Program-made: the position numbers and the translations under genes
Notes under the pieces: generated by a model
Told to the model about the DNA's origin: nothing
Seen by the model: only the letters and a program-made list of their open reading frames with translations
The model's database searches: none
Source: a virus
Reading direction: 5' to 3' (one strand)
Length of the DNA: 40,482 nucleotides
Virus record (IMG/VR): IMGVR_UViG_3300045988_118718
Location: 1-40,482 of that record
Shown here: positions 18,121-25,011 of the stretch, piece after piece
How positions within the stretch are numbered: position 1 is the first letter of the stretch
Layout: every line of letters starts with the position of its first letter

Positions 18121-18963
18121 ATGCCAAAAAGTATTTTTGATTTAGAAGTTAGATTAGACTTTGATAAAGAGTATAAAAGAATCATGGAAATTATTGATAG
18201 CCCTATATTTTCCACTTCATATCAAAGCGGTTTTTCTTTCTATGAAATAATAAACAGTATTTTTCAATTTTGGCCATATCGTCGCACTGCTAGAACTATA
18301 GATGAATATTTTGAACTTAAAAATTTAAGATTTGGTAATTTTTCATCATCTAAAGAGGAAAAACTATACGATCTTCAGTTTGTATTTGATTTTATTTGCT
18401 GGATATATAACCCAAATCGTAAAATGTCAGAAATGTATGGTTCAATAAGAATTGAATCAATCATAAAAGACTGTTTTGAAAGCAATAGACATTATTTTGT
18501 ATTGATTACAGATAACATTGAAGAAATAATAGAAAGCTTAAATATGGAAATCCAAACAATAAACGACCATATTACTTTTATTAAACGTAATGCTGACGTT
18601 GATAGCGTTCTAACACAATTAGAAGAAGAACCCGATATTCGTTTATTACTTCTTTCTTATAATGATTTCAGAGTAGAAAATAGTTTGGAAGATAAGCAAT
18701 ATATTATCAGAAAACTAGCTGATTGGCTTGAACCTCAAAGGAAGAAATATAGCTCTATTAACTCTAACCTGACAAAAGATATATTTAATGCCATAAACAA
18801 TGGAAATGTCCGACACAACAATATCAAACAATGGAGTTTCAAAACTGATGAAGATCAGTTAAAAATGTACGATAAGATATTCAAAATGATTCTTCATCTT
18901 ATACGAGAAGAAGATGTAAAAAAAATACGTGAGGAAATCAAGATATTAAATGCAAACCATTAA
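18121..18963 (+). CDS. hypothetical 280-aa protein; candidate prophage-encoded defence or exclusion gene
   Basis: Visibly AT-rich ORF with a GGAGGAAG SD, placed between immA and int. I recognised no motif. Confidence 0.7.
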   Translation: MPKSIFDLEVRLDFDKEYKRIMEIIDSPIFSTSYQSGFSFYEIINSIFQFWPYRRTARTIDEYFELKNLRFGNFSSSKEEKLYDLQFVFDFICWIYNPNRKMSEMYGSIRIESIIKDCFESNRHYFVLITDNIEEIIESLNMEIQTINDHITFIKRNADVDSVLTQLEEEPDIRLLLLSYNDFRVENSLEDKQYIIRKLADWLEPQRKKYSSINSNLTKDIFNAINNGNVRHNNIKQWSFKTDEDQLKMYDKIFKMILHLIREEDVKKIREEIKILNANH

Positions 18964-19013
18964 CATATTGTTCTGTCCATGCTATTGTGTTAATGAATAA
19001 CGATTAAATATAT

Positions 19014-19046
19014 AAAAAATCCACCGATGCTACCAACATCAGTGGA
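19014..19046 (-). terminator. hairpin with a T-run on the minus strand
   Basis: Stem TCCACCGATG/CATCAGTGGA with one mismatch. On the minus strand it is followed by TTTTTT. Confidence 0.4.
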
Positions 19047-19160
19047 TCGATAAGGGTACTACCAATACCCAGTACATAAAAAGAATGCTCGGCAAGCATA
19101 TTCCTTTTTATGTACCTATCTTAACAAAATTACACCAAAAAAGAAAGGATGGGTACGATT

Positions 19161-20294
19161 ATGTCGGTATTCAAAGATGGAAATTCATGGGCTTATAAAG
19201 GAAAGATCGCTATTCCTTTTGAACCTGGAAAATATAAAAGTTATTACAAAAGAGGATTTTCTAAAAAGAAAGATGCGCAAAGAGCAGAACAATTATTTAG
19301 AGATAATTTTTCTACACATCAGAAAGATATTACTTTCGACGAATTAGTAAATCTATATCGTGCCAACTATCGGACACAGAATGTGAAAGAATCAACTTTA
19401 ATTGGTGATGAAAGCTATTATAGATTGCATATTCAGCCAGTTTTAGGCAAATATCCATTAAGTCAAGTTACTACACAAGCTATTGATTTATGGAAATCCT
19501 ATATGATCAAAAAGCCTAAAACAGAAAGAAAAAAGAATAAAAATGAATATTATTCTACCGCTACAATAAATCATGCTAAAAGTGTGATTAGTAAATACTT
19601 ATCATATGCAGTAAGGCTCGGTTTCATATCTTATAACCCGTGTCATAATGTACCAAGTTATCAAAACAAGGAAGAACTTAAAGAAAAACAAGAAATAAAA
19701 TTCTGGGAAGTCAACGAGTTTAAAACATTTATAGCATCTGTAGATGAAAAACGCTGGAACGATATTTTTACATTTTTATTCTTTACAGGATTACGTGAAT
19801 CAGAAATGTTTGCTTTGTCATGGAGAGACGTCGATTTTCAAAAATGTACTTTGAGAATCAATAAGTCTATTACCTATAAGACAAAAGCGGCTCCCTGGAA
19901 AATAACGACACCTAAGAATGAAAACTCCATTAGGATTATTGATTTGCAGGATACTTTATTAGATCGATTAAAAAATCGTTTAGAAAAAGAAAAACATAAA
20001 GACGGATTCACGCTTGATTATTTTATATTTGGAGATATTAAACCCGTGTCTCGATCTGACTTGGCGCGTAAAATGGATTATTTCATACAGTTATCAGGGG
20101 TTTCACGAATCACACCCCACGGTCTTCGCCATAGTCACGCTTCCTTTTTGATCAAAAGCAAAATTGACGATTCTTTAATTGCTGAAAGATTAGGACATAC
20201 CGTAGCAGAGCTAAGAAAAACTTATGCACATATATATGATTCTATGAGACAAGACATGAAAAGAATATTGGATGAAACATGTAAAATTGAATAA
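19161..20294 (+). CDS. int: tyrosine integrase
   Basis: The C-terminal catalytic motifs are …GLRESE…, HGLRHSHASFLI and LGHTVAELRKTYAHIY. ATG 19161 is preferred because ATG 19149 lies inside the SD AAGGATGG. Confidence 0.9.
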   Translation: MSVFKDGNSWAYKGKIAIPFEPGKYKSYYKRGFSKKKDAQRAEQLFRDNFSTHQKDITFDELVNLYRANYRTQNVKESTLIGDESYYRLHIQPVLGKYPLSQVTTQAIDLWKSYMIKKPKTERKKNKNEYYSTATINHAKSVISKYLSYAVRLGFISYNPCHNVPSYQNKEELKEKQEIKFWEVNEFKTFIASVDEKRWNDIFTFLFFTGLRESEMFALSWRDVDFQKCTLRINKSITYKTKAAPWKITTPKNENSIRIIDLQDTLLDRLKNRLEKEKHKDGFTLDYFIFGDIKPVSRSDLARKMDYFIQLSGVSRITPHGLRHSHASFLIKSKIDDSLIAERLGHTVAELRKTYAHIYDSMRQDMKRILDETCKIE

Positions 20295-20297
20295 AAT

Positions 20298-20324
20298 TCG
20301 CAAATTTTCGCAATTTTTTCGCAA
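20298..20324 (+). repeat. three tandem TCGCAAWTTTT repeats; candidate arm-type integrase binding sites
   Basis: TCGCAA occurs at 20298, 20308 and 20319. Further copies (TCGTAA 20499, TCGCAA 20510) lie on the other side of the putative core. Confidence 0.5.
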
Positions 20325-20340
20325 TTTTTGACAATAAATT

Positions 20341-20366
20341 AAAAAAACTCCTTTATGTAAAGGAGT
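20341..20366 (-). terminator. hairpin ACTCCTTT-ATGT-AAAGGAGT with a T7 run on the minus strand; possibly bidirectional and also ending int
   Basis: 8-bp perfect stem with an A7 run on the plus-strand 5' side. Confidence 0.5.
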
Positions 20367-20376
20367 TATCAGCTAT

Positions 20377-20402
20377 TGGTGGAGATGAGGAGAGTCAAAA
20401 GG
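20377..20402 (-). other. candidate attP core resembling the 3' end of a tRNA gene
   Basis: The reverse complement CCTTTTGACTCTCCTCATCTCCACCA looks like a T-arm (TTNGACTCTCC), an acceptor 3' strand and ACCA. There is no full cloverleaf. Confidence 0.4.
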
Positions 20403-20513
20403 ATAAAAATATTAGTATAAATAGATATTATTTATGCTTTATATAAAGGTATATGAAGTGCTTTAGAGTTTATAAGAATCATTAAAATATAAATCTTTTC
20501 GTAAATATTTCGC

Positions 20514-20540
20514 AAAAAAACAGGGAGCCCGAAGGCTCCC
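20514..20540 (-). terminator. rho-independent terminator of the late/lysis operon
   Basis: The minus strand reads GGGAGCC-TTCG-GGCTCCC followed by TGTTTTTTT. Confidence 0.8.
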
Positions 20541-20572
20541 TACAGCTAACAAAAATAGTTTACTAATTCAAA

Positions 20573-21244
20573 TTAAATATTAAGCAGCTTCTTAAAAAGC
20601 AACAGTACAATACATATCATCATTGGCAACGCATCTATACTATTTATATATACCTTATTTTGTTCTATTTCTTTAGGTATCAATAAATCATCAACAGGTT
20701 GAATGGATCTAAGTTCCACAGACTTTTGCAATTCTTTTTCTGCCTTTTCTTTTTTCTCCTGCCGGATGCGCTCCTCTTGATCATAGATTTCCTGCACACC
20801 AGAGTATAAATAAAAGCCTACGAATGTTAATCCGTAGGAATCGGGGATATGGTATGCATCTGTAGGACTGAGCCTGTACAATCGCCACATATAACCGCCA
20901 AACGAGCTCATGGATACGTCAATCGAACCATCATCATAACAATGTTCGACTATACCGATATGTCCGCATAGTCGTCCATATGCATCAGTGATGCCGCCTG
21001 AATAAATAATACAGCTTCCAACCTTTGGAGATGGTATCTGTTTCATTTCAGGACGGCTCGCCCACATAATAGCATTTCCACCATAAAATGTAACAGGAGC
21101 GTTACATATCTCTGCTAGTCTGCCCCATGCATAACAAGTACAATTCGGCAGTCCGTAGCCTCTTTGAAAGTAAGGATTGGCACCATAGTACCAATCCCCT
21201 AGATTATCATCGGTTCTACGTTCATTTATCCTAGATGCTGCCAC
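20573..21244 (-). CDS. CHAP-domain peptidoglycan hydrolase with a C-terminal transmembrane anchor
   Basis: Catalytic Cys context LPNCTCYAWGR and His context CGHIGIVEH. A coiled, charged linker precedes a terminal hydrophobic helix LPMMICIVLLLF. GTG start with no SD, overlapping the amidase gene by 14 nt. Confidence 0.8.
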   Translation of the reverse strand: MAASRINERRTDDNLGDWYYGANPYFQRGYGLPNCTCYAWGRLAEICNAPVTFYGGNAIMWASRPEMKQIPSPKVGSCIIYSGGITDAYGRLCGHIGIVEHCYDDGSIDVSMSSFGGYMWRLYRLSPTDAYHIPDSYGLTFVGFYLYSGVQEIYDQEERIRQEKKEKAEKELQKSVELRSIQPVDDLLIPKEIEQNKVYINSIDALPMMICIVLLLFKKLLNI

Positions 21245-22235
21245 CAGATGCCAAAATGTTTATCAACCGCTGTGCCTCGTTGTAGTCAACTCCTAAGCGT
21301 TGTGCTTCGGCTTGCCGAGTTGCTCCTGTTCCGTGCTTGCCCTCGTTCCATACTTCAAGAGCAAATTGACGTGCAGACATAGTAGATCCGGTAGATCCAG
21401 CACCAAGTAAAGCGTTGACTCTAGCCTGTACCGCATTGTAGTTGTAACCTGCAGATGTTAATCGATTGATACGGTCCTGTCCGTTTCCCCATGATCCGGC
21501 GATTACTTCCTTGGCGATCTGATCAATGGATTTTTGTGGAGTTGTACTTGTTCCGACTCCTAACTGTCGATTAACCTCGGCTTGTACCTCAGCATAGTTA
21601 TATCCGGCAGCTTCCAGCTTAGCTTGACGTTCAGCACCATTACCATATTTGCCGGCAATGACATCTCTTGCAACGTCAGCTATAGATTTTGATGGTTGAC
21701 TAGGTTGAGTTGTGCCTCCACTTGGTGCTTGCCCACCATTGACCATCTGGTCATACCATTGCTGCGCTCTCTGGATATATGCATCTTTTTGCGAGCCATA
21801 GATCTGTCCAGGGCAGGCAGTAGCGGCAAAATATTTATGCGGAAATACATTGACCAGCCACTGCGGACGGCCTAATCCAAAATGTTTACAAAGCGCAGCA
21901 ACAAGATGTGCTCCGGCATCTAGGCAAGCCTCTGTGATTGTACCATCTGGTTGATTGGCGTGCTCAATACCAATGGATGTGCAGTTTGCTTCCCAGTTGC
22001 TAGCATGCCATGCTGTATCGCTATCCCATACAAGCTGTCCAGTACGCCCACTCGACTCTACTTGATATTGTGCTGACGCTTCACGTGTTTGCCAAACATT
22101 GTAACATTGTTCGACCGTCAGATCACCTGCGTTATAATGCACAACGAGCATCTTTACTTTTTTACCTGCTCTACCAGGTGTAAAGTGTTTATCTAAAATA
22201 TAGTTAACATCGGCATCTAAAGTTTCATAGTTCAT
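21231..22235 (-). CDS. endolysin: N-acetylmuramoyl-L-alanine amidase (Amidase_2/PGRP) with three CW_7 cell-wall-binding repeats
   Basis: The N-terminal MLVVHYNAG…IGIEHAN motif and three repeats of the type G(K/S)(Y/W)GNG..R...L..AGY.Y..VQ..VN..LG. Confidence 0.9.
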   Translation of the reverse strand: MNYETLDADVNYILDKHFTPGRAGKKVKMLVVHYNAGDLTVEQCYNVWQTREASAQYQVESSGRTGQLVWDSDTAWHASNWEANCTSIGIEHANQPDGTITEACLDAGAHLVAALCKHFGLGRPQWLVNVFPHKYFAATACPGQIYGSQKDAYIQRAQQWYDQMVNGGQAPSGGTTQPSQPSKSIADVARDVIAGKYGNGAERQAKLEAAGYNYAEVQAEVNRQLGVGTSTTPQKSIDQIAKEVIAGSWGNGQDRINRLTSAGYNYNAVQARVNALLGAGSTGSTMSARQFALEVWNEGKHGTGATRQAEAQRLGVDYNEAQRLINILASGGSI

Positions 22236-22339
22236 TATTCTTCCTCCTTATCTTCTTTTGGCGCATCAGCACCTTTTCCCATTGCGTTCAATTCCTCTTC
22301 CATTTCCGGTGTAATTACTACGTCTAAACTTTCTGGCAT
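22235..22339 (-). CDS. small acidic ORF (34 aa), below the ORF-track cutoff
   Basis: GGAGGAAAACAAA precedes the ATG. The stop overlaps the endolysin start (TAATG). Confidence 0.35.
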   Translation of the reverse strand: MPESLDVVITPEMEEELNAMGKGADAPKEDKEEE

Positions 22340-22351
22340 TTTGTTTTCCTC

Positions 22352-22678
22352 CTATTCTCGAATCGGCAGCTCTTTTAACTCAAGCGCCATCTTCTTCACT
22401 TTTCCATTCCCACCAAGATCCTCATAAGCTTCGGCCATTTCAATTAGATTTTCGTATCCGTGTGGTGTTATTTCCCCACGCTCGATATAGCGGTCATGAT
22501 AATCGATGATTTGTTGCCTCAAAAGACATCGAGTTCCTTTTCGATTGGCTTGTTTTTCAATCTCTTCTCGTTCATCACGCACTTTGGCTTGTTTCCGTAT
22601 ATTTTTTAGCAGCCATACAATGTAACCGCACATGGCGGTTACTATGGATACCACAACCTGGGTAAATAAATCTTCCAT
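22352..22678 (-). CDS. membrane protein of the lysis cassette (holin/antiholin-like, one N-terminal TM)
   Basis: TM helix VVVSIVTAMCGYIVWLL followed by a charged tail. Lies between the holin and the endolysin. Confidence 0.55.
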   Translation of the reverse strand: MEDLFTQVVVSIVTAMCGYIVWLLKNIRKQAKVRDEREEIEKQANRKGTRCLLRQQIIDYHDRYIERGEITPHGYENLIEMAEAYEDLGGNGKVKKMALELKELPIRE

Positions 22679-22679
22679 T

Positions 22680-23018
22680 TTATTCCTCTACAGATGCATT
22701 AAAGCCACCGTTAAATCCATTAACAGCGGCTTCAATTAAAGTTTCTAATTCGGTTGTCGTTACAGTTATTCCTGCATTCGTGAGTAATTCCGATGCTCTG
22801 TCTAAAGCTTTCTGCAGCTTCTCTTCTCCGTGGATATCTTTATAGACCTGTTCGACATATTCTACAGTACTGTTCACAATGTCATACTTGGTTTGATTAT
22901 CCACATACTTATTATATGCTTTTTTGATCTGATATCCTACGACACCAGCCACACACATTAGTACAGTTCCTGCCAGTTGTAAGACCGCCGGCATGATTGT
23001 TTCAATGATTTGTTCCAT
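22680..23018 (-). CDS. holin (LL-H-like)
   Basis: 112 aa with N-terminal TM AVLQLAGTVLMCVAGVVGY and a soluble helical C-terminus. SD is AAAGGAGG. Confidence 0.6.
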   Translation of the reverse strand: MEQIIETIMPAVLQLAGTVLMCVAGVVGYQIKKAYNKYVDNQTKYDIVNSTVEYVEQVYKDIHGEEKLQKALDRASELLTNAGITVTTTELETLIEAAVNGFNGGFNASVEE

Positions 23019-23028
23019 AGATCCTCCT

Positions 23029-23376
23029 TTATTCTATAGTTGCTGTAATTGATGCTAAAAAAGTAACTTCACTTCCATATTTTGGAAAATTAAATATCAG
23101 TTCTTTTCCTCTAATAATCATACTTCCACCAGTAACCACCAAACTAGTTCCTACAAAACCTGTAATTACCGCAATACTTCTTGGATGATAGTATGGTAGT
23201 AATTCACTGAATTCATAGCGATTTCCACCAGAAGAACTTACTGTAATTTCTAGCATATAAGTTACAACATTACCATTTCTTGAATAATCGACTTTCCCTT
23301 TATCTGTTCCAACAGTAAAGTGAAATGTTCCTGTTTCACTTTTCAATTGATTACCATGTCTGTCTATTAGTTGCAT
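23029..23376 (-). CDS. tip cassette 5: paralogous small beta-rich protein (115 aa)
   Basis: N-terminus MQLIDRHGN. No SD. The start codon sits in the loop of a 9-bp hairpin ATTAGTTGC/GCAACTAAT. Confidence 0.65.
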   Translation of the reverse strand: MQLIDRHGNQLKSETGTFHFTVGTDKGKVDYSRNGNVVTYMLEITVSSSGGNRYEFSELLPYYHPRSIAVITGFVGTSLVVTGGSMIIRGKELIFNFPKYGSEVTFLASITATIE

Positions 23377-23397
23377 AAAATCGCAACTAATCTGCTA

Positions 23398-23772
23398 TCA
23401 ACTTCTTTTCGCTACATACATATAATTGATATAGAATACATTCATATATCCACTAAATCCGCTTCCAATATCAACAACTAGATTGTTACCATATACATTG
23501 GCTTTAACGTCACCACTTCCATTACCGGGATATCCGATTGGATAATAATAATTTGGTTGTCCTGTTTTTGCACACCACAAGCAAGAACATGGATGAATGA
23601 AGAAATAATCAAACCCACCTGCACCTATGTTAACTTCCTTGTGCAAACTAGTACCCATATCAATTTGTATATGCTTCATTAAGATAGGTCTACCATCAAC
23701 CCATCTCATGCCTGTATCTTGTTCATTTTGCGAAAAATTCATAACTGCATTTCCAAAACGATCAGTGAACAT
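23398..23772 (-). CDS. tip cassette 4: receptor-binding-head-like protein (124 aa)
   Basis: MFTDRFGN…NEQDTGMRWVDGRPI…, clearly paralogous to cassette 2 along its full length. No SD. Confidence 0.7.
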   Translation of the reverse strand: MFTDRFGNAVMNFSQNEQDTGMRWVDGRPILMKHIQIDMGTSLHKEVNIGAGGFDYFFIHPCSCLWCAKTGQPNYYYPIGYPGNGSGDVKANVYGNNLVVDIGSGFSGYMNVFYINYMYVAKRS

Positions 23773-23791
23773 AAATTCACTAGATAGTGTC

Positions 23792-24091
23792 TTAATGCTT
23801 GTCTAATACGATATATCTAACTTCTAATCCTTGACCTGATACAAAGCTAGTTCCATAAACATTTATTGTTAGAGTAGAACCACTTACAGTTCCTACTACG
23901 TTTACTGGTTGGAAATATGGAGTTCCTGACCTTCCCCATACATTACCTAAAAATATAGCCGTTCCTGTCGGCGCTTTAGGCAATGTTACAGTTCCTGTCA
24001 TAGTATTTCCTTCACTTTGTCTTACAACTAACGTTCCTGTAGCTATTACATCAAAGTCATATAGACTGCTTCCATATCTATCGACTAGCAT
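23792..24091 (-). CDS. tip cassette 3: paralogous small beta-rich protein (99 aa)
   Basis: N-terminus MLVDRYGS, preceded by structured leader B. Confidence 0.7.
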   Translation of the reverse strand: MLVDRYGSSLYDFDVIATGTLVVRQSEGNTMTGTVTLPKAPTGTAIFLGNVWGRSGTPYFQPVNVVGTVSGSTLTINVYGTSFVSGQGLEVRYIVLDKH

Positions 24092-24236
24092 ATTCTCACG
24101 TGGACACTATCTAGCAGTCCACCTTCTTTCAAGTTTGAAGAGTACAAGCAGATTAGTAAATGCTTGCCCCCCCCCGTTTGTTTTGAAGAGTTTTTTCATA
24201 GAGATTGCATATCTCTAATTTTGCACAATGCTTTTC
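24092..24236 (-). promoter_or_regulatory. structured leader B: hairpin, short ORF, G9 tract, hairpin HP1, SD-like box in hairpin HP2
   Basis: On the minus strand: AGAGAT/ATCTCT hairpin (24200..24216); ATG at 24199; G9 (24167..24175); HP1 CAAGCA-N10-TGCTTG (24145..24166); GAAAGAAGGTGG (24119..24130); HP2 GTGGAC-N11-GTCCAC (24100..24122); cassette ATG at 24091. Homologous to leader A. Confidence 0.6.
24167..24175 (-). repeat. homopolymer G9 (C9 on the plus strand)
   Basis: Counted directly. One of only two such tracts that I saw in the window. Confidence 0.95.
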
Positions 24237-24608
24237 TTAGTTCTTCTTGACGTAAAGATAGTAGATATAAAAGACGTTATACCAACCTGAAAAGTTACTT
24301 GCGAGAGATACCTCTAAATTATTGTTATGGATCAAAGCATTAATCTCTTTGCCATAATTCACAGGATAGAAATAATGGTCTGCTCCTACTGAATAACTTT
24401 GTGTGCTCCACAAGCAACTATAAGGGTCAATCCAAACAAAATCATAATCATTGGCTCCAATATCTACAGAACCTTGCAAATTTGTATTTGATAAATCAAT
24501 TCTTTTATAATTTCTATAGATTGGTCTTCCGTCTTGCCATTTTAAACCTGTATCTTGTTCGCCTGTTTCAAACTGTTGAAAAGCGTTTCCAAATCTATCT
24601 ACTAGCAT
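24237..24608 (-). CDS. tip cassette 2: receptor-binding-head-like protein (123 aa)
   Basis: MLVDRFGN…GEQDTGLKWQDGRPIY…. No SD in the 19-nt gap after cassette 1. Confidence 0.7.
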   Translation of the reverse strand: MLVDRFGNAFQQFETGEQDTGLKWQDGRPIYRNYKRIDLSNTNLQGSVDIGANDYDFVWIDPYSCLWSTQSYSVGADHYFYPVNYGKEINALIHNNNLEVSLASNFSGWYNVFYIYYLYVKKN

Positions 24609-24627
24609 AATTGCTAGACAAGGGATG

Positions 24628-25011
24628 TTAGTCTGTCGTTTTGGTATATCTCAAAGTAACAACAAAAGTAACTGGCATTGCGGTTGGCATTGATCCACGA
24701 ATCGCTAAGCCATTTACTTTATTAACGTATGAGGCTTTCCAATCACTTGTGGAAAGATACATATTAACACTTTGATATCCCTCTGAATCGCCTCTGTAAT
24801 AAGCGTATGAATTTGATTCGTCTACCCATATATGACCTGCATTACTTATGCCCAAACTAGATAAACTTTTATTTACACTTATTGTTTTGGAGTTTACTTC
24901 CACCGAAACAGTCTTTGTATAAATAGGTTTTTCGTTTATCCAAAATTCGCCTGTTTCTTGTTCGGTTTCAGATAGGCTTTGAAAAATGTTTCCGTAACGA
25001 TCAACTAACAT
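24628..25011 (-). CDS. tip cassette 1: receptor-binding-head-like protein (127 aa)
   Basis: MLVDRYGN…TEQETGEFWINEKPIY…, preceded by structured leader A. Confidence 0.7.
   Translation of the reverse strand: MLVDRYGNIFQSLSETEQETGEFWINEKPIYTKTVSVEVNSKTISVNKSLSSLGISNAGHIWVDESNSYAYYRGDSEGYQSVNMYLSTSDWKASYVNKVNGLAIRGSMPTAMPVTFVVTLRYTKTTD

Noticed and set aside
20377-20402. An actual tRNA gene at the attP region.
   Set aside because: Only about 26 nt resembles a tRNA 3' end. No D-arm or anticodon arm can be drawn upstream. It is interpreted as an attP core fragment, not a gene.
23029-25011. A diversity-generating retroelement (template/variable repeat) as the explanation for the paralogous cassettes.
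   Set aside because: There is no reverse transcriptase gene in the genome. The paralogues are far too divergent at nucleotide level, and the differences are not adenine-specific.
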